Source: an uncultured Spirochaetales bacterium
GTDB taxonomy: Bacteria; Spirochaetota; Spirochaetia; SPDA01; CAZJBZ01
Reading direction: 5' to 3'
DNA: 63,216 nucleotides
Assembly (NCBI GenBank): GCA_964557375.1
Contig: CAZKZZ010000004.1
Coordinates: 5,904 to 69,119, forward strand
The position numbers and the translations under genes are program-made. How positions within the stretch are numbered: position 1 is the first letter of the stretch; every line of letters begins with the position of its first letter. This document shows positions 45,688 to 54,668 of the stretch, one piece after another. The notes beneath the pieces were generated by a model that was not told the DNA's origin, made no database searches, and saw only the letters and a program-made list of their open reading frames with translations.

Positions 45688-46845
45688 ATGTTACACTTCT
45701 ATTATGTTTGTACTGAATGCGGGACGAGGTATGAGCTGCTCCCCGAGTACACCCTTTGTCCTCACTGTAGAGAAAATCAAGATGAAGAGATGCCTCTCCG
45801 GGGTATTCTCGAAGTGGGATTTGACGGTGCGCTCGAAGAGGGGTACCGGCTACAAGACCTGATCTGCGTGGAGGAGGAGTTTCTCCCGCCTATTCCCGTA
45901 GGAGATACCCCTCTCTGGGAACCGCACCGGCTCAGGGAGAAATATTCGTTTCCCAGGCTCTATCTCAAAGATGATACGTGCAACCCGACAGGGTCGCTTA
46001 AAGACCGAGCATCCTATTTGGTGGCCGGGTTTGCACGCAAGCACAATATAAAGAACATTGTGGTCGCTTCTACCGGAAACGCTGCCTCATCCATGGCGGG
46101 AATCGGGGCCGCGGCCGGGCTGGATGTGACCCTTTTTATTCCCAAGAGCGCTCCTAAAGGCAAGCTTGCCCAGGCGTATCAGTATGGAGCTGAAGTAATT
46201 CGAGTCGAGGGAACCTACGATCTCGCCTTCGAACAATCGCTTCAAAGAGCCGGTGAAGGGGGGACGCTCTGCAGGAACACCGCCTACCATCCGCTTACGA
46301 TCGAAGGGAAAAAAAGTGTCGCCCTCGAGCTGTGCGACCAATTGGGAAGTACTCCTGAATATATTTTTGTTCCCACAGGAGACGGGGTCATTTTGAGCGG
46401 TGTGTATAAGGGGTTCTGTGACCTCCATAGACTCGGAATCAGCCCCCAAATGCCTACAGTATACGCGGTCCAGGCGGAGGGAAGCAGTGCTATAACCCGG
46501 GCATGGAAGAGAGGCGGTTTTACCTCGCCCGAGAGTTCCGATACGTTAGCTGACTCCATCTCTGTGGATGTGCCGAAAGGGGGGTATTACGCACTGGACA
46601 AATTGAACAGATACAACGGCAGATGCATAACAGTATCGGACAAAGAGATACTCGAGGCGCAGCATGAATTGGCGTCCCTTTCCGGTTTGTTCGCCGAACC
46701 GGCCTCCTCAGCCGCGTTCGCCGGATTCATAAAAGAGCGGGAAAATCTTCCTCACGAAGCGAAAGTAGTCCTGCTTATAACAGGCAACGGGTTAAAAGAT
46801 GTGGATGCCGCGTTGCGATTGTTCGAAACGGGCACGAAACAATGA
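45688..46845 (+). CDS. threonine synthase-like PLP-dependent enzyme with N-terminal zinc ribbon
   Basis: 385 aa. CTECG...CPHC ribbon. PLP-lysine motif NPTGSLKDRAS. ASTGNAASS and GNGLKD motifs typical of short/archaeal-type ThrC. Confidence 0.75.
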   Translation: MLHFYYVCTECGTRYELLPEYTLCPHCRENQDEEMPLRGILEVGFDGALEEGYRLQDLICVEEEFLPPIPVGDTPLWEPHRLREKYSFPRLYLKDDTCNPTGSLKDRASYLVAGFARKHNIKNIVVASTGNAASSMAGIGAAAGLDVTLFIPKSAPKGKLAQAYQYGAEVIRVEGTYDLAFEQSLQRAGEGGTLCRNTAYHPLTIEGKKSVALELCDQLGSTPEYIFVPTGDGVILSGVYKGFCDLHRLGISPQMPTVYAVQAEGSSAITRAWKRGGFTSPESSDTLADSISVDVPKGGYYALDKLNRYNGRCITVSDKEILEAQHELASLSGLFAEPASSAAFAGFIKERENLPHEAKVVLLITGNGLKDVDAALRLFETGTKQ

Positions 46846-47531
46846 ATGAACTGCTCTGGGGAATACTCATCCTCGTAAACTTTGGTGCAATTCTTCTTAT
46901 CTACCGGCTCTACGGCAAAACAGGTCTCTACATCTGGATTCCCATAGCAGCTATTGTTGCCAATATTCAGGTATTGAAGAATGTCGATCTGTTCGGGTTT
47001 ACCACTACCCTGGGAAACATTGTCTACGCTTCTTCTTTCCTGGTAACCGATATACTTTGTGAAAATTACGGGAAAGAGGAGGCTAAGCGGGCGGTATTTG
47101 CCGGATTTTTTGCCCTCATTGTGGCCACAGCTCTCATGAATCTGGCACTGCTGTTTATCCCCGCGCAGTCGGATATTGCACAAGGACCGCTGCAGGCCAT
47201 TTTCAGTCTGATGCCCCGGATAGCGGGGGCAAGTTTGGCAGCATACCTCATCTCCCAATTACACGACGTGTGGGCGTTTCATCTCTGGAAGAAAAAGTTC
47301 CCCGCTACCAGCATGCTTTGGCTCCGCAACACGGCAAGTACCTTAGTCAGTCAGCTCATCGACACGGTTGTGTTTACGTTTGCAGCGTTTCTCGGACGGT
47401 ATCCATTTCCGATCGTACTCGAGATCCTCTGGACCACCTATATCATCAAATTGATCGTTGCCCTCCTGGACACCCCTTTTGTCTATGTTGCAAGCTCGTG
47501 GAAGAGAAAGGAGAAGGTAACCGAACGTTAG
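46842..47531 (+). CDS. yhhQ: VUT-family (YhhQ/DUF165) queuosine-precursor-type transporter
   Basis: 229 aa, about 6 TM. Conserved LRNTASTLVSQLIDTVVFTFAAFLG segment. 4-nt overlap with the upstream gene. Confidence 0.75.
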   Translation: MNELLWGILILVNFGAILLIYRLYGKTGLYIWIPIAAIVANIQVLKNVDLFGFTTTLGNIVYASSFLVTDILCENYGKEEAKRAVFAGFFALIVATALMNLALLFIPAQSDIAQGPLQAIFSLMPRIAGASLAAYLISQLHDVWAFHLWKKKFPATSMLWLRNTASTLVSQLIDTVVFTFAAFLGRYPFPIVLEILWTTYIIKLIVALLDTPFVYVASSWKRKEKVTER

Positions 47532-47562
47532 CCGAACCCCGGTTATATTAGTATATTGTAGG

Positions 47563-48456
47563 ATGAATATGGCCGATCATCAGCATCAACATCATCACAC
47601 TGCGGTAAGAAATATCCGGTTTGCCTTTTTTCTCAATATCGTTTTTACAGTGGTAGAGATTGTAGGAGGAATGCTGACCAACAGTTTGGCCATACTCTCC
47701 GATGCTCTCCACGACTTAGGCGATACGATCGCCCTCGGTATCTCCTGGCGCCTGGAACATCTCTCCGAGCGGGGCCGATCTTCCCGGTTCTCTTATGGAT
47801 ATAAACGGTTCAGCCTGCTCGGAGCAGTTACGAGTTCGCTTATCCTCGTAGCAGGATCGGTTTTTATCGTCACGAGGGCGGTGCCCAGGATCATCCATCC
47901 GGAAGAAGTGCACGCAGAGGGGATGCTCATTCTTGCGATCATCGGCATTGCAGTAAACGGTGTTGCTGTGTGGCGGCTCCACGGTGGGGAGCGGATCCAC
48001 GAGCGGGTAGTCAAACTCCATCTGCTCGAGGATGTGTTCGGATGGGTCGCGGTACTGATAGTAAGTATTATCATCCGCTTTGCCCGTCTTCCGTTTCTCG
48101 ACCCCCTTCTCTCATTGGGGATTTCTCTGTTTGTTCTTGTCAAGGTCCTCAACAAACTGATACAAACTGTGAGGATCTTTCTCCAGTCCGTACCAGAGTC
48201 CATTGGAATGGAAAAACTGGAACATACCGTAGCCGGGATTCCTGAAATTATCGGCATCCATGACATGCATATCTGGTCGTTAGACGGAGAATATCACGTG
48301 GGTACGGTGCATATCGTTGTCGAGCAAGATATTCCCCGGGAGCAGATACCCGGCATTAAACAGAAAGTGCGGGACATTATGACCAATGTCGGGGTCCAGC
48401 ACGTTACCATAGAGATCGAACGCGAAGCAGAAGTGTGTGAGTATAAGGAGTGTTAG
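47563..48456 (+). CDS. cation diffusion facilitator (CDF) family divalent-metal transporter
   Basis: 297 aa. His-rich N-terminus HQHQHHH. TM2 motif LSDALHDLGD. C-terminal cytoplasmic domain (HDMHIWSLDGEYHVGTVHIVV). Confidence 0.9.
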   Translation: MNMADHQHQHHHTAVRNIRFAFFLNIVFTVVEIVGGMLTNSLAILSDALHDLGDTIALGISWRLEHLSERGRSSRFSYGYKRFSLLGAVTSSLILVAGSVFIVTRAVPRIIHPEEVHAEGMLILAIIGIAVNGVAVWRLHGGERIHERVVKLHLLEDVFGWVAVLIVSIIIRFARLPFLDPLLSLGISLFVLVKVLNKLIQTVRIFLQSVPESIGMEKLEHTVAGIPEIIGIHDMHIWSLDGEYHVGTVHIVVEQDIPREQIPGIKQKVRDIMTNVGVQHVTIEIEREAEVCEYKEC

Positions 48457-48462
48457 CCGGGT

Positions 48463-48945
48463 ATGCGTGTATTGATTACCGGTGGAGTAAAATCGGGAAA
48501 GAGCAGTTATGCACTCTCCCTTGCCGATCAGAACTTTGAGCATTGTACCTATGTGGCCACAGCAATTCCGTTTGACGATGAGATGAAGCAGCGGATCGCA
48601 GTCCATCGCAGGGAACGGGGGGACAAGTACCGGACTATAGAAGAGCCGGTGGCGATTCATACTGTGGTAGGCGAAGATACGATTGTCGATGATATTACTG
48701 TCTGGATGAACAATCTCTTTTATAAAGGAATGGAAGAGCGTTGGAAAGAGATACTCGAACAGTTCATTACCAACTTGCCGAAGCGGGTAATCGTCATAAC
48801 CAACGAGACCGGGCTCGGAAATATCCCCCCGGACCGAACGACACGGACCTACAACCGGTACCTCGGTGAGGCAAATATAATGCTCGCGGATGCGATGGAT
48901 ACGGTGTATTTCATGGTAGCCGGCATCCCCCTCAAGGTGAAATAG
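48463..48945 (+). CDS. cobU: adenosylcobinamide kinase / adenosylcobinamide-phosphate guanylyltransferase
   Basis: 160 aa. P-loop ITGGVKSGKSSYA. ATAIPFDDEMKQRIAVHRRER and VTNETGLG motifs. Confidence 0.9.
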   Translation: MRVLITGGVKSGKSSYALSLADQNFEHCTYVATAIPFDDEMKQRIAVHRRERGDKYRTIEEPVAIHTVVGEDTIVDDITVWMNNLFYKGMEERWKEILEQFITNLPKRVIVITNETGLGNIPPDRTTRTYNRYLGEANIMLADAMDTVYFMVAGIPLKVK

Positions 48946-48952
48946 GGCGGAT

Positions 48953-49624
48953 ATGGTCATTTCCACCCCTTCCTATATTTTTCCCGGGACGTACTTAGAG
49001 AATATTCGTTATATTCACACCATGCCCGACATTAATTCGGTGGAACTGCTTTTCTTTATCTTTGATGAGGAAACGAAACTTCTCTATGAACGGGAGCGCA
49101 GAGATATCGAAGGGTTTTATCCGCACCTCCGGTTTACCGTCCATATGCCGGACGAACTCCTTCCCGAACACGAAGCGCTCATCGAATTGAGTGCTCCGAT
49201 TGCCACCCACTATATACTCCATCCTCCGGCGGAAGATACGGACCGGTTCCTTCATCTCGTAACCGCGTGGCGGAAAACATATGGGGAGATGTTTCTCCTC
49301 GAGAACCTCATCGAGCGGGATTTTGAAGGCGTACTCCATAAACTGGGCCCTATGGGGGTCTGCTGTGATACCGGGCATCTTCTTATTCGGGGCCGCTCGC
49401 CGGCGTGGTTCTGTGAAACGTACGGGGAAAGCGTTCGAGAAGTCCATCTTCACGGAACTGCGGAGGGGTGGGACCACAAACCGTTTGACGATGAGGCGAT
49501 TTGGTTCCGGGATCTGGTCCCTTTTCTCAAATCATTTTCAGGAGTAGTTAACCTGGAACTGTTTGCAGTCGATGATGTAAACAAACTGCTCGAAGTAATG
49601 AAAACAGTCGGGATAATCCAATGA
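48953..49624 (+). CDS. xylose-isomerase-like TIM-barrel protein, candidate cobamide-remodelling phosphodiesterase (CbiR-like)
   Basis: 223 aa. AP-endonuclease-2/TIM-barrel style beta-strand-end motifs (VELLFF, VHMPDE, YILHPP, FLLENL, CCDTGH, VHLHG). Sits between cobU and cobS with 7- and 16-nt gaps. Confidence 0.5.
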   Translation: MVISTPSYIFPGTYLENIRYIHTMPDINSVELLFFIFDEETKLLYERERRDIEGFYPHLRFTVHMPDELLPEHEALIELSAPIATHYILHPPAEDTDRFLHLVTAWRKTYGEMFLLENLIERDFEGVLHKLGPMGVCCDTGHLLIRGRSPAWFCETYGESVREVHLHGTAEGWDHKPFDDEAIWFRDLVPFLKSFSGVVNLELFAVDDVNKLLEVMKTVGIIQ

Positions 49625-49640
49625 GGAGGAGGTACATCCA

Positions 49641-50459
49641 GTGGCCCGTTTCGGAAAAAAGTTTCTCTCCACATTTTCTCTTGTCAGCAGGGTTCCGGCA
49701 GGTAAAGATCTGCAGCCGGATTTCACCTGGACCGGCTTTTATCTTCCGATAGTCGGATTAATCGCTTCCGCCCTCTGTCTCGGAATCTATGCGCTTCTGA
49801 TACCTTGGCTACAGGAACCGTTTTTCATCCTATTTGTCATTATTGCCGTCCAGTACCTGCTGTTCAACCTGTTTCATTTTGATGGTCTGCTCGATACCGC
49901 CGATGCGTTAGCCGTGCATGCGGAAAAAGAGCGGCGGCTCACCATCCTGAAGGATGTTGCTGTGGGTGCATTCGGCCTTTTTTTCGGTGTACTCTACCTT
50001 GCCTTAAAGCTCTATGTTTTTTACCGGGTGATGGTGTTTCTCCACATTTTTTCTCTTCCCACAGGCGGGGCCGCCGCGGTGGCGTTGTTGTTTTTTTCCT
50101 ACCCCCTTTCGGGGCGGATTGCTGCAGCGCTGGTACCGCTTAGCCTCTCCCCTGCAAAAAAAGAGGGGCTCGGGGCGCTGCTTACCGGGTACACACCGGC
50201 TAAGGTGGTTACAGGAACCGTTCTTGCTGTAGGGATTGTCATTCTTCCCCTCATCCTCTTTATACATGAGCTCGAAGGCACCCCAGGACCGCTTTTCGCT
50301 CTGGTTTTCTGCGGCGGGATTGCTGCTTTTATAGGAACGACCCTCCTTTATAACAAAAAAATAGGCGGGTTTACCGGAGACACCCTCGGGTTTGCCGTTG
50401 AAACAGGGGAACTGCTGCATATGGTCATTTTCTATCTCGTTCTCGTTTTCGCAGCGTGA
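49641..50459 (+). CDS. cobS: adenosylcobinamide-GDP ribazoletransferase (cobalamin synthase)
   Basis: 272 aa. GTG start 8 nt after AGGAGG. Polytopic membrane protein with the FHFDGLLDTADAL motif. Confidence 0.9.
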   Translation: MARFGKKFLSTFSLVSRVPAGKDLQPDFTWTGFYLPIVGLIASALCLGIYALLIPWLQEPFFILFVIIAVQYLLFNLFHFDGLLDTADALAVHAEKERRLTILKDVAVGAFGLFFGVLYLALKLYVFYRVMVFLHIFSLPTGGAAAVALLFFSYPLSGRIAAALVPLSLSPAKKEGLGALLTGYTPAKVVTGTVLAVGIVILPLILFIHELEGTPGPLFALVFCGGIAAFIGTTLLYNKKIGGFTGDTLGFAVETGELLHMVIFYLVLVFAA

Positions 50460-50544
50460 TAAGAACAAAACTTGACTGTTCTATCCCCACGATTCGCACC
50501 ACTACCCTTGATTCACACCGCCTCTCAATTGTACTCTCACCTCC

Positions 50545-51720
50545 ATGGAAAAGAATGTATTGCATGAACCGGTCCACGGAGGAAATATCCGAGAAATATC
50601 CTGGAAATCAGGAATTCCTGAGGAAAATCTGGTCGATTTCAGCGCCAATATCAATCCTATCGGACCCCCTTCGTGGTTGAAAGAAACCCTTTTAGAGGAA
50701 CTTCCTCATCTTACCCATTATCCTGACCGTTGTGTAACAGCCTTAATCAAAGCGATTTCAGAATCATACGGTCTTCCTGCACAAAAGATCGTTGCAGGCA
50801 ACGGTACAACCGAACTGTTTTTCACCCTGCCGAGGGCCGCAAAATATAGGAGGCTGATCGTACCGGTCCCGTCATACGGGGATTACTCTTATGCAAATCG
50901 TATTGCAGGCATTGATGTTGTTGAGCATTACTTGTTAGAAGAAAACGGGTTTCTTCCCAATTTTCATGCGATCGAGAAAGACATTATGAAAAGCGGCCCT
51001 GAAACCGCCTTGATTCTCGCTCTACCAAACAATCCTACCGGGCTTTTATTCGACCGGGAACAGTTCCTTCGGCTGGTACGTTCGTATCCGGATGTTCTTT
51101 TTTGTGTGGATGAAGCTTTTGCCGATTTTCTTCCGCCGGGCCTTTCTCTTCTCAGTGAGAATGCGGAGAATCTTCTCATTTTCCGTTCTTTTACCAAATT
51201 TTTTGCTATTCCCGGTTTGCGGTTGGGGTGGCTCTCCTGCAGCGCACCGCTGGCGGGGAACATTCGTCGTAAGCTCCCGACCTGGTCGGTAAACGCGCTC
51301 GCAGAGGCGGTCGGAATCAAAGCGTGCAGAGACCGTGAATATGCGCAGCGTACTATCGGCTATGTGGAGAATGCCCGGGAAGAGCTTTTAGACGCACTTA
51401 AAGAGGTCGAAGGATTGTATGTCTATCCCGGAGAGGCAAATTTCCTCTTTGCCCGCATCGGAGAGCGCGAAGGCCGGCAGCGTACTGCGACCGGACTCCA
51501 CCGGCATCTATTGAAGAAGGGGATAATTATTCGGCTCTGCAAGAGTTATCCCGGGCTCGATGACCGGTTTTTTCGAATCGCTGTTCGAACGAGTGATGAG
51601 AACAAACGGCTTGTCGACGGGATGCGCTCGTTTTTTCTAAGCGTCGGGGCCGACGCCGACCCCGACGCCGATCACGTAAAAGGGAGCCCCGCAAACGAGG
51701 CCTCAGATGCTCCCTCTTGA
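50545..51720 (+). CDS. cobD: L-threonine-O-3-phosphate decarboxylase (class I/II aminotransferase fold)
   Basis: 391 aa. N-terminal HGGNIRE motif, PNNPTG, and PLP-lysine context SFTKFFAIPGLRLGW. Confidence 0.85.
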   Translation: MEKNVLHEPVHGGNIREISWKSGIPEENLVDFSANINPIGPPSWLKETLLEELPHLTHYPDRCVTALIKAISESYGLPAQKIVAGNGTTELFFTLPRAAKYRRLIVPVPSYGDYSYANRIAGIDVVEHYLLEENGFLPNFHAIEKDIMKSGPETALILALPNNPTGLLFDREQFLRLVRSYPDVLFCVDEAFADFLPPGLSLLSENAENLLIFRSFTKFFAIPGLRLGWLSCSAPLAGNIRRKLPTWSVNALAEAVGIKACRDREYAQRTIGYVENAREELLDALKEVEGLYVYPGEANFLFARIGEREGRQRTATGLHRHLLKKGIIIRLCKSYPGLDDRFFRIAVRTSDENKRLVDGMRSFFLSVGADADPDADHVKGSPANEASDAPS

Positions 51721-52678
51721 GCTTCAGATCGTCGCAGCTCTTCTTCTCGACGCGGTCATCGGTGACCCCCAATGGTTTCCCCACCCGGTGCGGATAATCG
51801 GATCGTTTGCCTCACTGAACGAGCGGGTCTGGCGGCGGGTAGCAGGTGATACGAAAACTGCCGGATGCATCACCTGGCTGATAACGGCAGCTGTTACCGG
51901 TGTTGCCGCATGGGCACTGCTTCTTATCTGCGGAATCATCCATCCCATACTCCATTCTATCTGTTCCATCGTCATTCTCTATTTTACGATTGCGGTAAAA
52001 GACTTGATCTACCACGGAAAAGAGGTGCGGAAAGCTCTCCTCTTAGGCGATATCGAACAAGCACGGAAGCGGGTGGGGTTCCTCGTAAGCAGAGAAACCG
52101 AGCATTTAGGGGAGGCGGAGATAGCACGATCCACAGTGGAAAGTCTTGCCGAGAACAGCTCGGACGGTATCGTCGCTCCTGTTTTTTTTGCGCTGCTCGG
52201 AGGTCCGGTTTTGGCACTTCTCTATAAAACAGTCAGTACGCTCGACTCCATGTTCGGATATAAAAACCGGCGGTACAGAAGCTTCGGCTGGTTTTCAGCG
52301 AAAGCGGATGATGTGTTTAACTACATACCTGCCCGGATTACAGCTTTGTTTGCTGCTTTTACCGCTCCTGTTTTCGGCCGGAGGACCGGTGATGCTTTTT
52401 CAGTCGTCGCTAGAGACGGGAGAAAAAACCCGAGCCCTAACGCGGGTATGAGTGAGGCCGCATTCGCGGGAGTGCTCGGGGTCCAGCTCGGGGGAAGAAG
52501 CCGATACTTCGGGAAAATCGTAGAGAAACCGGTAATCGGTGAGCCGGTGAACCCGCTTACAGCCTCCACAATAGGAGAGGCGATACGGCTTATCATGTTT
52601 CTCACTGGACTTTTTGTTATAGCGGGTATCGCGGTGAGAATGCTGCTCTTTTTCTTCCTATTCCTGATAATCTTTTAG
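51707..52678 (+). CDS. cbiB: adenosylcobinamide-phosphate synthase
   Basis: 323 aa membrane protein. LLLDAVIGDPQWFPHPVRIIG N-terminal signature, NRRYRSFGWFSAKADDVFNYIPARI, SPNAG motif. Confidence 0.9.
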   Translation: MLPLELQIVAALLLDAVIGDPQWFPHPVRIIGSFASLNERVWRRVAGDTKTAGCITWLITAAVTGVAAWALLLICGIIHPILHSICSIVILYFTIAVKDLIYHGKEVRKALLLGDIEQARKRVGFLVSRETEHLGEAEIARSTVESLAENSSDGIVAPVFFALLGGPVLALLYKTVSTLDSMFGYKNRRYRSFGWFSAKADDVFNYIPARITALFAAFTAPVFGRRTGDAFSVVARDGRKNPSPNAGMSEAAFAGVLGVQLGGRSRYFGKIVEKPVIGEPVNPLTASTIGEAIRLIMFLTGLFVIAGIAVRMLLFFFLFLIIF

Positions 52679-54664
52679 CGGTGTCGTGCTCAAAGGATTT
52701 TTGAACCGCAGAAAGAGAAAACCGATCAATACCATATTGATCGTAGAGGCTGCTGCAAAGAGGTTCCATTTCGGCTCTCCGGAGGCAATGCTCCCCACGA
52801 GAGAGAACAGCTTGATGCTGATGGTGTATTTGGCATCATCATTTAAAAACAGAAGCGGGGCCATAAACCCGTTCCATCCTCCTAAGAAAGCGACAATAAC
52901 CGCTGTCGTAATTACCGGAAACGAAACAGGAAAGAGGATCTTGAAAGTGTATTGAAGCGGGCCGGCCCCTTCGAGTGAGGCGTAATCCCGAAACGAGGAC
53001 GGAATAGAGTCGAGATACGCTTTCATCGTAAACAGAGAAAAGGGTATCGCATGGAATATATATATCATCACAAGCGGCACGAAAGAGTTGATCAATCCGA
53101 TTTTAAGGAAGAGAGAATAGAGCGGTATGAGCGTGTGCATCCCCCCGGCTATTCCTAACAGCTGGACCGCGAAGAGTACGCTCTTTCCGGTGCTCGGTTT
53201 ATCGAGGGAGAGCACCGCGGCCGCGGGAAATGAAACTAGGGGGATGAGAATCCCGGTGAATCCGGCAACGATAAACGTGTTGAGAAAATAGGTAAAGATC
53301 CGCTCGTCCTTCACGATGGCGATGAAACTGGAGACGGAGAAATAGGGAGGGATAAGGGAGTCTACATAGGTCGTGCTGACTCCGGAGAGGCTCATCCACA
53401 CCAGCATAAAGAGAACCAGAAAGGAAGAAAGGACCATTGCTATAACCAGAAGGTCCGTCACTATGTTCCACAGCGGGACCTTGGTCCGGTAGGTCTTGAA
53501 CCGAGGGGCTCTGGAAAAAACCTTTGCACCACGCTGCATCGTTTTTTCCCGGAGGAAAAAAAGTGCAATCAATGCGGTTATCACCCCGGGATGAAGGGCC
53601 GCTAAGAAGCTTTTGGTAAAGAGCAGCACTGCAAAATGGATGATCTCAGCGGCAAGTACCGCCGGATACAATTTTTTATACCGGAGGGTGACGAGATAGC
53701 AGCCCGCCCACACCAGCCCCCAGGGCATGAAAAAAAGCGGCTGAGTGAGGGCGGCAAACAGGATGATCCTCGTGTCGGTTGTCTTCTCCTTACGCCGTAC
53801 TAACAGCCAGAAAACCATAATGATCGCCACAATTGCAGTCATTACCATAGCGTAGCTCGACGTAAGCCCCAGGTCATCGGTCTCCGAAAACAGCTCATAA
53901 ATGAGTACTCCAAGAGTGGTGGTCGCTCCGATGATATGGTGCTCCGTGATGCCCGAGACGAGAGGCGGACCTCCCGAGGTCATCAAGAACACAACCGTAA
54001 ACTCTTTGAGTGCCTTTATGAAGTTGAGCAACCCCATCACCAATAGAGAATGCCACATCCCCGGAAGGTAGATGCTGAAAGCGAGATCGACCGGTTTTGC
54101 CCCTTCGATATGGGCCGCATCGGTTACCGATTTCGGGGTCTTCCGAAGGGCCCCGTACAGTACGAATGTTGTAAGCGGGACCATCATCCAGAGGCTTACC
54201 ACCAGTACGGAGATAAAGCTCGCAACCGGCTGCATCATGAGATTGATGGAAATACCGAAAAACCGGGTCAAGAGCGAAGTCCCTCCATTTCCGTGAATAA
54301 TGGCCCGCCACAGCGGTACGGCGATGTAGACCGGGATACCCCAGGGGATGAGTAGAACAGCGTAGAACACCGAGGAGAGCCGTTTGAACCTCGTGGCCAT
54401 GGCCACTGCAAAGATGAATCCTAAAAAGATGCTTAAAAAACTGTTTAAGACTGCCCAGAGGATTGTTATTGAGAGGCTGTACGAAAACCCCTTATCGGAG
54501 AAGAGAAACAGGTAGTTGTCTACCCCTGCGAACTCTTTCGCACCGTACGCGTCGTGGAAAAAAGAGGTAACAAAGGCGTCTGCGAAAGGGGCAATTCCAA
54601 TAAATAGGGATATAAAAATAAGCGGCAGGAGCCCTAAGAGGGTCCTGCCGGTTGATTGCCGCAT
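52658..54664 (-). CDS. fused double ABC permease (two CUT1-type MalF/MalG-like membrane domains in one polypeptide)
   Basis: 668 aa. Two EAA-loop motifs (DAAHIEGAKPVDLAFSIYLP and DYASLEGAGPLQYTFKILFP), each preceded and followed by about 6 TM. Confidence 0.8.
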   Translation of the reverse strand: MRQSTGRTLLGLLPLIFISLFIGIAPFADAFVTSFFHDAYGAKEFAGVDNYLFLFSDKGFSYSLSITILWAVLNSFLSIFLGFIFAVAMATRFKRLSSVFYAVLLIPWGIPVYIAVPLWRAIIHGNGGTSLLTRFFGISINLMMQPVASFISVLVVSLWMMVPLTTFVLYGALRKTPKSVTDAAHIEGAKPVDLAFSIYLPGMWHSLLVMGLLNFIKALKEFTVVFLMTSGGPPLVSGITEHHIIGATTTLGVLIYELFSETDDLGLTSSYAMVMTAIVAIIMVFWLLVRRKEKTTDTRIILFAALTQPLFFMPWGLVWAGCYLVTLRYKKLYPAVLAAEIIHFAVLLFTKSFLAALHPGVITALIALFFLREKTMQRGAKVFSRAPRFKTYRTKVPLWNIVTDLLVIAMVLSSFLVLFMLVWMSLSGVSTTYVDSLIPPYFSVSSFIAIVKDERIFTYFLNTFIVAGFTGILIPLVSFPAAAVLSLDKPSTGKSVLFAVQLLGIAGGMHTLIPLYSLFLKIGLINSFVPLVMIYIFHAIPFSLFTMKAYLDSIPSSFRDYASLEGAGPLQYTFKILFPVSFPVITTAVIVAFLGGWNGFMAPLLFLNDDAKYTISIKLFSLVGSIASGEPKWNLFAAASTINMVLIGFLFLRFKNPLSTTPLKDYQE

Positions 54665-54668
54665 AGAA

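Noticed and set aside
42509-52678. An expected cobalamin riboswitch upstream of the cob/transport genes.
   Set aside because: I read every spacer of 25 nt or more on the plus strand and found no B12-box-like core (AGYCMGgAgaCCkGCc type) or the GGGAA/GGTGnAA junction elements. The spacers are short or AT-rich. This is a visual negative only. A covariance-model scan is needed.
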